This document shows, in pieces, positions 1 through 9,234 of a stretch of DNA of 45,335 nt. Position 1 is the stretch's first letter, and every line of letters begins with the position of its first letter. The notes beneath the pieces are model-generated. The model was not told the DNA's origin, did not search any database, and was given only the letters and a program-made list of their open reading frames with translations. Source of the stretch: Minisyncoccia bacterium (GTDB taxonomy: Bacteria > Patescibacteriota > Minisyncoccia > Phycocordibacterales > Phycocordibacteraceae); the NCBI GenBank assembly GCA_041623915.1, contig JBFJWB010000002.1, forward strand, positions 1 through 45,335, read 5' to 3'. The translations under genes were made by a program, and so were the position numbers.

Positions 1-166
1 CTTCCACTACATCTAATTGATCTGCCTGTAGATTGTGTTTTTGCTCAATACTCTCAGTAAGCTTTTCAATAGACCCATTAGTGAGGTATGTCTGCAGTGC
101 TTGCGGTACAGTTTGGAAAACTCTCTTTAGAGACTCTATAGGGAAATCTTCTGGGGCTTCTTTCAT
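1..166 (-). CDS. hypothetical protein, 5' fragment (continues past the left edge)
   Basis: ATG (rc) at 166-164, 3 nt after the stop of the upstream gene (170-172). The frame stays open to the window edge (MKEAPEDFPIESLKRVFQTVPQALQTYLTNGSIEKL...). Fourth member of a tightly packed minus-strand operon. Confidence 0.4.
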   Translation of the reverse strand, partial: MKEAPEDFPIESLKRVFQTVPQALQTYLTNGSIEKLTESIEQKHNLQADQLDVVE

Positions 167-169
167 GGC

Positions 170-2272
170 TTAAGTTGGTTGGCTCGCATCTTTTTTATCG
201 TCACTTTCTGCTTCCGGTTCAGGCTTATTTTTTGTAGCAAGTCTCAAAGCGTCCAGTATAACATCAGCCTCCCGCTGATCTTTTGTCTTATTGGCATAAT
301 CATTTATCTTTTTCTTGGATTCACTCAAGCTTTCAGTTATGAAGACTTCAGGTACCCAAGAAGGCGTTAATCTGTCCGCATACTTTCTCTGTTCATGCGC
401 GGCGCTAGACGCTTTTTTGTTTTCTTTTACAATGGCGTCTAAATCTTTAGTGGCTCTGTCAAGTTCTGTAGAATGCTTTAATAATTCTGCAGTCGCAGTC
501 TCAATAGGCTCCTCAAGCTTTTCCAACTCCTTTTGAGCATCTTTAAGTGTGGACACTTGCTCATCTAGCTCAATGCGAGCGGTCTTGATAAGTCCTTCAC
601 GGTCTTGTGTATAAACTTTCTGTGCTTCTAACTGCTCTAGTTTTTCACGCGTCTCTTTAAGTTTTGTTGACCTTATATCCACTTTAGTTTTAACAGCTTC
701 AATACGGGCATTATTCACAGGGTCTGTTTTCAACCGCTCTAGTTTTTCACGCGCTGCATCATGTTCTTTCTCTTTTTTTGTCTTAAGGTCTGACCCCTCC
801 CTCTCTTTTTTTTGCTCCTCTTCGGTCAAATCACGATCTTTAAATGATTTTGCATAATCCACGCGACTTTCTATTGCTTTCTTTTCGGTCGCTACAAAGC
901 CACCCTTGCCACCTCCGCTACCAACAGTAAAGCCAGCCTGTTTAGAAAGTGTTTTATCAACTCCCTTTACGATACCAGAAGACCTTATGTCAAAACTTGC
1001 GCCAGCAACTTTGCCAAGAGTACTGGTTGTGAGCCGCCCTATAACAGGTTTAGAAGCCAGCTTAGATTTCAATGCCCAATTTTGGAGATATTTTGATCCT
1101 GCACCAAGGGTATTCCTTCCAACCAGTGCAGGCGCCCCAAAAGCAAGTGCAGACCCAGATAATTTGTTACCTAGAGTAATGGCTTGATTGGCGCCAAACG
1201 CAGATAGTTTTCGTGCCAATATTGTCACCATAAGCAGTAATCCCATAGCAACCAAGAATGAGAGCAGAATGCCTGCAAACGAACCGACATTTTCCGGATT
1301 AGGTACTGTAACCCAGTCGGTCCATGCATTTCCAGAGACACTAAAACTTTTAAGGAAGTTCACATCAGTAATTACCTTCAGAGCCACGTAGAGCATAAGC
1401 ATAAGTACTGGAGCGGTGATTGTCTGATCAATTAGTTTGCTCCACCACATTTTCGCTACCTTCTCCATTTTTGGCACAGCCATACCTACAAAACCAATTG
1501 GAGCAATAATGATTAGGAATATGAGTATTACAAATCGTGCTATTAAAATAAAAGCGAGCGAAAAGAACACAAACGTAGCTATACAAAAAAGTAGTATCGC
1601 CATAAAACCAGTAAGAAACGGAGACCCTGTTGTAAGCAGATCACCATTTCGGGCATCGCCATATATAGTTGTCATACCTAATTGGCTCATGACTTTGTTA
1701 GAAATCCCCTCTTTCTTTACGCTACCAAATCCCGGCGTTGCCGGAACGCCCCCATTTATTGCTGTATAAAATTGTGTTGCAAAAAGATTTCCCGTGTCAA
1801 TGATAGCTTCTGATATAAACAGCGAGAAGTTAAGAAACACAGCTGCGATAAGAAGTTTAGGTATCATCTTGGTACCAAATCCATATCGTTCAGTATTTAA
1901 AATTGTCATAATGCCAACGGCAAGAAATCCAAAAATCAGTACAATGTTGCCAATGTCGCGCAACACCGTCCACGCAGACTTAACAGACACAAGCCCGTGC
2001 GTGCTGTTCACAATTTCTCCCATACCAACAATTGTGTAATACACTGAGCTGTCTAAAATTACCGCCGAAGCTCCGAATAACCATGCAAACAAACTGGCAA
2101 TCTTGCCCATTACGCCATCTAAGTCGTTACCAGACCCAAACGTAGCAACGTTATTTAGGGACGCTTCACTTGCCCCCCGCGCCTGTGCATACAAAGGGTC
2201 GTGTCCTAAAGCTCCTACTCCAATGCCTGTGAGCAGTACTAACAAAAATAAAATAGGGACAAGACGTTTCAT
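170..2272 (-). CDS. polytopic membrane protein with a long K/E-rich coiled-coil tail; possibly TrbL/VirB6-like
   Basis: ORF 170..2290. The preferred ATG at 2272 (MKRLVPILFLLVLL, signal-like) forms an ATGA overlap with the stop of 2269..4131. Multiple hydrophobic spans in the N-terminal half, then a Gly-rich linker and a heptad-like tail (KLEQLE, KELEKLEE). The family call is pattern-based only. Confidence 0.7.
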   Translation of the reverse strand: MKRLVPILFLLVLLTGIGVGALGHDPLYAQARGASEASLNNVATFGSGNDLDGVMGKIASLFAWLFGASAVILDSSVYYTIVGMGEIVNSTHGLVSVKSAWTVLRDIGNIVLIFGFLAVGIMTILNTERYGFGTKMIPKLLIAAVFLNFSLFISEAIIDTGNLFATQFYTAINGGVPATPGFGSVKKEGISNKVMSQLGMTTIYGDARNGDLLTTGSPFLTGFMAILLFCIATFVFFSLAFILIARFVILIFLIIIAPIGFVGMAVPKMEKVAKMWWSKLIDQTITAPVLMLMLYVALKVITDVNFLKSFSVSGNAWTDWVTVPNPENVGSFAGILLSFLVAMGLLLMVTILARKLSAFGANQAITLGNKLSGSALAFGAPALVGRNTLGAGSKYLQNWALKSKLASKPVIGRLTTSTLGKVAGASFDIRSSGIVKGVDKTLSKQAGFTVGSGGGKGGFVATEKKAIESRVDYAKSFKDRDLTEEEQKKEREGSDLKTKKEKEHDAAREKLERLKTDPVNNARIEAVKTKVDIRSTKLKETREKLEQLEAQKVYTQDREGLIKTARIELDEQVSTLKDAQKELEKLEEPIETATAELLKHSTELDRATKDLDAIVKENKKASSAAHEQRKYADRLTPSWVPEVFITESLSESKKKINDYANKTKDQREADVILDALRLATKNKPEPEAESDDKKDASQPT

Positions 2273-4131
2273 ATTATATATATTCCGCAATGATTGTTCG
2301 TTTTGCTGTCAGCAGGTACTGGCGCAAATGTACCGTCCGGATAATATATCGTTTCATAATAGTATGGAAGGCTAGGTGTTGGCTCAACAGCGTCCGGTCC
2401 ATTAGTAAAACAACATAACTGTATTGTTGTAGACGCGCTTTTGTTTATAAAATCAGCTTGATCATAAAGTGTCCCGCCAAAAATATTATTAATTTCTCCT
2501 GGGGGTCTAAGGTTCGCACCGCCGAAAGGTTCCGCTTGAGACTTCATGTTCGTGACGGCACTTATTTGCGGAGGTAATGATATAAGTTTCTGAACGTCAG
2601 ATATGACTCTCCTCTCAATGTCAATATCATCAATATGCGTCTCTTGAAGCAAGTTTTCTGCGCTAGGCAATGTATCAATACCTACACCAAATACTTTGTT
2701 AGGCGCAATCTGCATATGAGACAATATATCTATACCAAAAGATCTTGAGACATCTATCTCAGCTTGAGCGTCGGTATAGTCATTAAGGATCGGCTGAATA
2801 ATCTTTGTAAGTGTAGCGCTTGCTGAGTCAGTGCCGTTACTTCCGTCACGAACAGTTACCGATGTAGCTTGAGGTAGATCGTTTATAAATGTGGTATCTA
2901 GATTTATAGTGCATGAACCATGCACAGAAGGATTAGGATTTTTACTTTTTGGCGTGTTATTTGGCCCAGCATCTACTCGCCCCTGAGTAATAACGTAACC
3001 ACGACCAAAAGCATCTTTAAGTGTGTTTAGATTATCTGACGCGTCGCTCGCGATCGTGTTAATTGTCTTCCAGCTTGTCTCATAAGTTTTTATATTCTCA
3101 GCAACATCAAGAAGAAGATTAATGACTGCCTCAAATCCACCAGAAGAATCGAACTCATAGGCAGAATTGACTTCGCCAACTGCAGCGACTCCACCAGAAC
3201 CATTCCCTCCTAATACATCTGTAACGAAACCAAGTGCAGCATTTAGAAGAGTCTCACTAATTTCATCAGCATTAACAATACGATCTACATTTGCACCCAA
3301 TACTTTTGATAACTGTGCTTGAATTACAATCCCCGGAGTTTGTACATTAGCAAAAGTACCATCTGATTTGATACAAGGATCAGAGTCTCCTCCGTCGCAA
3401 TTTGGCAAAAATCCATTACCAAACCCAAGAAGGCTTAATCGTGCATTTTCTGAGCTAGAGACTACATTTGCAAGTGTATTACGGGACTCTTGGTACTGAA
3501 GGTATGGATTGTTGTTTGGTTTAGTGGTGAGCGAAAACCACTGACTCCACCCGCCACGAGTGAAGTCCCCATCAAGAAATGCATCAACATCTTCAGGCGG
3601 TGTCTCATCGTATAGTGTGCATCGATTTCTTGCGAGTAATCCACCAAGACTTGTGCTCTGATCATAAGTTTCATTAAGAGCGTCAGCAATACCAGATGCA
3701 AATGGAGAAAAAGAAAATGATGAATTTACGTCCGTAAGTAAATTAATATAAGCATCTCTCTGAGTATCTCCTAACTTGCGAAGATGATTCGCTAAATCTC
3801 CGACGAATTGTGGTTCACCTGATACATTGCCGTTTACAAGTCCAAGAATAGAACTCGTCATTTTGTCTACTTGGTCTTGAGCAAGTTTCCATGCAAGACC
3901 ATCTAAAACAAGCTCTTTGAAAACAAAAGAGCTAGTAGCCTCAGTACTTATTGCTCCGTACTCTCCGCTAATTCTGTTCTCTATACTGTTTAGTATGTGT
4001 GTTGCGGCATTACCAACATCAACGACAGGAAGCCCGTGAGCTCGTTGTGGCACTATAAGAGAAGATACAGGAGCGATAATTATCAACCCAAATATAAGAG
4101 TGATGAGGCGCAATTGTGGAGATGGTGTCAT
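2269..4131 (-). CDS. secreted protein of unknown function (signal peptide; N-terminal VVDVGNAATHILNSIE motif reminiscent of TrbJ/VirB5)
   Basis: 620-aa ORF. Hydrophobic N-terminus LITLIFGLIIIAPVSS. ATGA overlap with the upstream gene at 4128-4131. No catalytic motif recognised. Confidence 0.7.
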   Translation of the reverse strand: MTPSPQLRLITLIFGLIIIAPVSSLIVPQRAHGLPVVDVGNAATHILNSIENRISGEYGAISTEATSSFVFKELVLDGLAWKLAQDQVDKMTSSILGLVNGNVSGEPQFVGDLANHLRKLGDTQRDAYINLLTDVNSSFSFSPFASGIADALNETYDQSTSLGGLLARNRCTLYDETPPEDVDAFLDGDFTRGGWSQWFSLTTKPNNNPYLQYQESRNTLANVVSSSENARLSLLGFGNGFLPNCDGGDSDPCIKSDGTFANVQTPGIVIQAQLSKVLGANVDRIVNADEISETLLNAALGFVTDVLGGNGSGGVAAVGEVNSAYEFDSSGGFEAVINLLLDVAENIKTYETSWKTINTIASDASDNLNTLKDAFGRGYVITQGRVDAGPNNTPKSKNPNPSVHGSCTINLDTTFINDLPQATSVTVRDGSNGTDSASATLTKIIQPILNDYTDAQAEIDVSRSFGIDILSHMQIAPNKVFGVGIDTLPSAENLLQETHIDDIDIERRVISDVQKLISLPPQISAVTNMKSQAEPFGGANLRPPGEINNIFGGTLYDQADFINKSASTTIQLCCFTNGPDAVEPTPSLPYYYETIYYPDGTFAPVPADSKTNNHCGIYII

Positions 4132-5138
4132 GGCTTTTGTGCTGGCTCAATGCTTGCAATAAGGTTCACAAAGCCAGATCCTTGTGCGCCAACTTCAATA
4201 CTGGAATTATTGATTATGTACATTTCAGATATTTTCTGAAAAATTTCAATCATATTGTCTATTGAGTCACGGTACTGTGCAAGAGAAAGCATTGTTGCGA
4301 TAGGATCGGTAGTTACTCGGGAGAAGTCTCCAATCTCATTTCCGATGCGGTAAAGCACATTAATGAGGTCAAGGCTAAGGCCAGACAAATCAGAAGGGAC
4401 AGCAATTGCAACAAGACCCATTGCACTATCAATATAAGCTCTAGAGAGTTTCTCAAGGTTATGAATTGCTTCAGAATCCCCATTTCTCAATGCTAAATCT
4501 AGGTAAAAAAGCTCACTTTCCGACAAATTTCCGCTGTGTGTAGAAAGCACCTCTTCGGCACTTATTGCATATTTACGTAACAGATCTGGTGAGGATGCGA
4601 TAATAGAAAGATCCTCTTTGGTTTTAAAGTTTGAAGCAGGTCTAACGCTCGCCATTAATTGTTGGCGCGCATTCTGGACCAAGGAACTTATTTGTTCAGT
4701 AGATAAATCACCTCCGTTTTCTTGTCTGGCTAAAATGTATTTAGAAAAGAGACTTTGTGCAAAAACGCTCGTGAGAGTGTTTTGAGCTGGCGATTCAGTG
4801 TCGTCAATCTCAACCTTATTTGTACTTATTGGCATGGGGACATTTGCTCGTGGGACAATAAGGCCTCTTGAAACAGCCTCCCCATCACTCATTCCTAACT
4901 GGCGCGTGTCGCGCTCGGTTGGATTTGTGCCATACAGTACCTCCTCCCAATCAGGAAGGCCATCTTTGTCAGTGTCGCGTTGTGCGATTACAGCAAGCAG
5001 TTCAGTTTCAGTTGATGCAACTGCAATTTTCGGAGTACTGGTGTTTTTTGCAAGAGCGTACGCGCCAAAAATTAGGCTTGTAGACACGAAGACAGAGAGT
5101 AAAATCCCAATCTTTTTTGAAATATATGACGCCACCAT
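4128..5138 (-). CDS. membrane-anchored protein with a thrombospondin type-3-like Ca-binding motif
   Basis: 336-aa ORF. N-terminal TM segment IGILLSVFVSTSLIFGAYAL, then DTDKDGLPDWEEVLYGTNP (DxDxDG-type motif common in CPR envelope proteins). First gene of the operon. Confidence 0.7.
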   Translation of the reverse strand: MVASYISKKIGILLSVFVSTSLIFGAYALAKNTSTPKIAVASTETELLAVIAQRDTDKDGLPDWEEVLYGTNPTERDTRQLGMSDGEAVSRGLIVPRANVPMPISTNKVEIDDTESPAQNTLTSVFAQSLFSKYILARQENGGDLSTEQISSLVQNARQQLMASVRPASNFKTKEDLSIIASSPDLLRKYAISAEEVLSTHSGNLSESELFYLDLALRNGDSEAIHNLEKLSRAYIDSAMGLVAIAVPSDLSGLSLDLINVLYRIGNEIGDFSRVTTDPIATMLSLAQYRDSIDNMIEIFQKISEMYIINNSSIEVGAQGSGFVNLIASIEPAQKP

Positions 5139-5206
5139 TAACTATAAGTATACCCGACTGGCAACATATATATAAAGGAGTGCGTGGGTATAAAACATCA
5201 GGATTA

Positions 5207-6004
5207 CTAGTGTGTATCTCTTAATATCTTAGAAAACTCCTTCCAATTTGCGAGTGAAACATCCTCCGCCCGAGCTTTTGGTGAAACATCAAGTGTGCTC
5301 ATTGCCTCCAGAACCTTTTCTGTTCTCGCTAGCGCAGAAAGATTGCCGGCAAGTTGCTTTCTTTTGTGAGCAAAACCAGCACGAACAAGTGAAAAGAAAA
5401 AAATCTCGTCTGATTCAGTGGAAAATGCCGAGTTAGAAATGTCTTCTATTATTAACACAGCTGAATCTACATTAGGAGCTGGCATAAAAGCTCCTCTTGG
5501 AACCGTAAACGCATAATGAGGTGTACCATAAACTTTTACAGAAAGCGACAAAAGGCTTTCTTTTTTACTGCGCGCGATGCGCTCCACAACTTCTTTCTGC
5601 ATCAAAAGTGTCATTGAGCGAGGCTTTTGTTTCGCTGTTAGGAATTGACGTAAAATCTCTCCTGTAATGTAGTATGGAATGTTTGCCACAAGCACATACC
5701 CCTTAGGTAGTTTGCTCATCTCAAAAGTCCTGATGTCTTCATGATATAACGTGAGTTTCCCTGTTGAAATTTCTTCAGAAAAATCCATGGAAAGTTTAGC
5801 AAATAGCTCCGCGTCAGCTTCTACCGCAATCACCGTACCAGCATAAGTAAGCAATTCTCTGGTGAGAATGCCAGTGCCAGGGCCAATCTCAAGCACGGTA
5901 TCTTCTTGTGTGATAGACGACACACTAACAATGCGATTAGCAATCGCTGAGTGCATAAGGAAATGTTGACCTAAAGATTTTTTTGCTACATGCGGGAAGG
6001 TCAT
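5207..6004 (-). CDS. rsmA: 16S rRNA (adenine1518/1519-N6)-dimethyltransferase
   Basis: Motifs LGQHFL, EIGPGTGILT (SAM binding) and ANIPYYIT. 265 aa. Confidence 0.93.
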   Translation of the reverse strand: MTFPHVAKKSLGQHFLMHSAIANRIVSVSSITQEDTVLEIGPGTGILTRELLTYAGTVIAVEADAELFAKLSMDFSEEISTGKLTLYHEDIRTFEMSKLPKGYVLVANIPYYITGEILRQFLTAKQKPRSMTLLMQKEVVERIARSKKESLLSLSVKVYGTPHYAFTVPRGAFMPAPNVDSAVLIIEDISNSAFSTESDEIFFFSLVRAGFAHKRKQLAGNLSALARTEKVLEAMSTLDVSPKARAEDVSLANWKEFSKILRDTH

Positions 6005-6006
6005 GA

Positions 6007-7956
6007 CTACATAATAACCATTTCGTTACCAGTGTCGTCATATTGGACCAACGTCTTGTCTATATCAGCAAGAAACGATGAAGGTTCTTGCAAGTAGTCA
6101 GTTCCGTAAATGTTTCGAACACGTGCTAATGTCATAAATAAACGTATTTTTGCACGTGTTATAGCAACATAGAAAAGTCTGCGTTCTTCTTCGTTGTCAC
6201 GATTTTTTTCGCCTATACCCTCATGTGGGAATAACCCCTCTTCCATGCCGACTATAAAAACCGTATCAAACTCAAGTCCTTTGGCTGCGTGAATTGTCAT
6301 AAGAGTAACTCCACCAGCTTCTTGCTTACGGTCGAGTTCATCTTGGTCGCTTGCAAGGGCTGTGTCAGCAAGAAAGCTCGAAATACCCTCTTCTCCTGCA
6401 ATGCTGTCGTAACGTGTTGCAAGTGCAACCAACTCTTGAATGTTTTCAAAGCGGTCACGCTCTTCTTCTGTTCCTTCTGCAAGAGCGCTACGCATCCCGC
6501 TTTTTTCTACAACACTCCTCACAAACGCAGAAGGAATTGCTGTGCGAGCTTCTTCAGAAAGCTCATTAATAAGATTCTCAAAAGCAGAAACTTTCTTCTC
6601 ATCAGAAGGACGAAGTTCTTCACGCTTCCCAGCTACAAGCTTTCCCAAGGTCGTCTTACCAATACCTCGTGGAGGAAATTGTGTTGCCCGCATACGATCG
6701 GCCTCGCGAGTTGGTTCTAGTGAGAGACGAATCCATGCCAACACATCTTTAACCTCCTTACGGTCAAAAAACCTTGTGCCAAGAAGTTTATACGGAACAT
6801 TTGAGTAAAGTAAAACCTCTTCAAGTGCGCGTGACTGTGCATTGGTGCGGAAAAGTATGGCAATGTCTTCAGGCTTACTACCTTCTTGAATTAACGTAGT
6901 TATCTTTGTAGCAACAAATCGCGCTTCATCTCCAGCATTCCCCGCCATGTGAATAATAATCGGATCTCCTTCCGGATTGGATGTAATAGAATGCTTCTCT
7001 TTCCGGTTCTTATTCTTCGCAATCACAGCATTAGCTGTGTCCACTAGGTTTTTTGAAGAACGGTAATTATGTTCTAGGACAATAGTGGAAGCGCCAGCGT
7101 ACTCCTTTTCAAACTGTAAGATATTTTCCATTTTTGCTCCACGCCATCCGTATATAGCCTGATCACCATCACCAACTACGAATATGTTGTTGTGCTTGCC
7201 TGCAAGTAGTTTCGCTAGACGAGCTTGTATAGTGTTCGTATCTTGATACTCATCAATGTGTATATGTGACCAACGATTTTGGACAATCTCTAGGATGTCT
7301 GGATGACCCTCTAAAAGTTCCAAAGGACGCACCAGCAAGTCATCAAAATCAAGAGATTTTTCTTTTTTTAATGTTGTTTCATACACATCCCACACATCTG
7401 CAGTAACACGATTTCCAAAACTACTTCGCCCATGACGCTCACGGAAGGTTACTGCTGAGAGCCCAGCATTTTTTGCTTTAGAAATACGACTCAATACGTT
7501 TCGTGGAGACAATTCTTTAGTGTCTACATCAAGCGACTTGAGTGCCTTGCTTACTATTCGTTCTGAATCACTACGATCACTGATTGAAAAGAAGCGAGGC
7601 ACGCCAATAGACCGTCCGTACGCCTGAAGTAGCTCTCTACCAAGCCCATGAAAGGTGCCAATAAAAGGCACGTCATTGCCAAAGTCTTCGCCAAGTAGAG
7701 ATCGAATACGTTCACGCATCTCGCGCGCTGCTTTGTTTGTAAAAGTAACCGCTAGAATATTTTGCGCCGGTATATTTTGGCGAATTAGGTGGTATATACG
7801 AGTTGTCAAAACTCGCGTCTTCCCAGAGCCGGCTCCAGCAAGTACTGATACCGGCCCGTTTGTATGTAATACAGCATCGCGCTGTGCGTCATTTAAATTA
7901 TTGAGATATGTCACCGACGTACTGTAGCATTTGTACACTTTTTTGACTGTCCACAC
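6007..7956 (-). CDS. uvrD: UvrD/PcrA-family ATP-dependent DNA helicase
   Basis: Walker A AGAGSGKTRVLT, DEYQDT, VGDGDQAIYGWRGA, TIHAAKGLEFD. GTG start at 7956; an alternative GTG lies at 7914. Confidence 0.93.
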   Translation of the reverse strand: MWTVKKVYKCYSTSVTYLNNLNDAQRDAVLHTNGPVSVLAGAGSGKTRVLTTRIYHLIRQNIPAQNILAVTFTNKAAREMRERIRSLLGEDFGNDVPFIGTFHGLGRELLQAYGRSIGVPRFFSISDRSDSERIVSKALKSLDVDTKELSPRNVLSRISKAKNAGLSAVTFRERHGRSSFGNRVTADVWDVYETTLKKEKSLDFDDLLVRPLELLEGHPDILEIVQNRWSHIHIDEYQDTNTIQARLAKLLAGKHNNIFVVGDGDQAIYGWRGAKMENILQFEKEYAGASTIVLEHNYRSSKNLVDTANAVIAKNKNRKEKHSITSNPEGDPIIIHMAGNAGDEARFVATKITTLIQEGSKPEDIAILFRTNAQSRALEEVLLYSNVPYKLLGTRFFDRKEVKDVLAWIRLSLEPTREADRMRATQFPPRGIGKTTLGKLVAGKREELRPSDEKKVSAFENLINELSEEARTAIPSAFVRSVVEKSGMRSALAEGTEEERDRFENIQELVALATRYDSIAGEEGISSFLADTALASDQDELDRKQEAGGVTLMTIHAAKGLEFDTVFIVGMEEGLFPHEGIGEKNRDNEEERRLFYVAITRAKIRLFMTLARVRNIYGTDYLQEPSSFLADIDKTLVQYDDTGNEMVIM

Positions 7957-8076
7957 ACATATTTTGAATGGGTTGAAAGTAGTTAATTACTAGGGTACAG
8001 TGTGGTCACTGACTGATACGATTGACTGAAATAAATGGCTTATATACGCCGTTTTTGTACCTGAAAGCACTGAAAA

Positions 8077-9231
8077 TTGCCAAGATTTCTTATAGAATTC
8101 AATTCGCACCTTTCCGACGCATCAAAAGCTACGTCCACTGCGCGGAATGCATATGTTTTACAACTTACTCTAACTGCAGTTGCGGTCGTGTTTTTTGCGT
8201 ACAGCTTTTTTTCACTAGCTCCATCACGAGCTATGGCGTTTTGGCCATTCTCCTCACAAGTAAATGCGCAATCTGTAAGTAGGGCTAGAATTATTCATGA
8301 TCCGTCTATTCGTCTACTTGTGGCCGCAGTAAATATTGATCCAAATCCTGTAAAAAGAGGCGATATTGGCACGTTCGTTAACGGCTCAGCTCTTATGGCG
8401 GGTGTTGGCCCCGCGGGAACACTTCTAAGCACGTCGGACGATACTTTTTCTCAAGATAAAATATCAGTATACGTTGTTCGTTATGGCGACACTCTTTCTG
8501 AAATAGCTCGCATGTTTGGAGTATCTGTAAACACTATAGTGTGGGCAAACGATTTAGGAAGTGACCGTGCGATCTCTCCAGGTCAAAGTCTAATAATCTT
8601 GCCGATATCTGGCATTGAGCACACTGTCTCTAGTGGCGACACGTTAAAATCAATCGCAAAGAAATATGGCGGTAATGCCGATGAGATTGCCGAATATAAC
8701 AATACTAGCGTTAGCGCTAAGCTTGCCGTTAATACTGTCTTAATTATTCCGGGGGGTGAGGTTTCTCGCCCAACCACTTCATCTGTAAAGACTTCCTCAC
8801 ATTCCCAACACGAGCATTACTTAGGAGGAAATGGTGTAGCTATAAATGGTTACTATACCAATCCAGTTGTAGGAGCAGTACTTACCCAAGGTGTGCATGG
8901 GTGGAATGCTGTTGATCTTGGAGCCAAAAAAGGCACACCTGTCTATGCTGCAGCTTCAGGAAAGGTCATCATTGTACGTTCAAATGGAGCTTGGAATGGC
9001 GGGTATGGAAACTACATAGTTATCTCACACGCAAATGGTACACAAACGCTCTACTCTCACATGTCTCGTGTGGCCAATATAACTCAAGGCTCTTTTGTTT
9101 CTGCCGGACAAACCATTGGTTATGTAGGGTCTACAGGACTTTCTACTGGAGCGCATCTACACTTTGAAGTTCGAGGCGCTAAGAATCCTTTTGCGTCGTG
9201 CCCCACACGAGCAGTGTGCCAGCCACAGTAA
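8077..9231 (+). CDS. LysM-domain M23 metallopeptidase (cell-wall hydrolase)
   Basis: N-terminal TM anchor. Two LysM repeats (YVVRYGDTLSEIARMFGVSVNTIVWAN; HTVSSGDTLKSIAKKYGGNADEI). M23 signature GSTGLSTGAHLHFEVR. TTG start at 8077 is uncertain. Confidence 0.88.
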   Translation: MPRFLIEFNSHLSDASKATSTARNAYVLQLTLTAVAVVFFAYSFFSLAPSRAMAFWPFSSQVNAQSVSRARIIHDPSIRLLVAAVNIDPNPVKRGDIGTFVNGSALMAGVGPAGTLLSTSDDTFSQDKISVYVVRYGDTLSEIARMFGVSVNTIVWANDLGSDRAISPGQSLIILPISGIEHTVSSGDTLKSIAKKYGGNADEIAEYNNTSVSAKLAVNTVLIIPGGEVSRPTTSSVKTSSHSQHEHYLGGNGVAINGYYTNPVVGAVLTQGVHGWNAVDLGAKKGTPVYAAASGKVIIVRSNGAWNGGYGNYIVISHANGTQTLYSHMSRVANITQGSFVSAGQTIGYVGSTGLSTGAHLHFEVRGAKNPFASCPTRAVCQPQ

Positions 9232-9234
9232 TCT

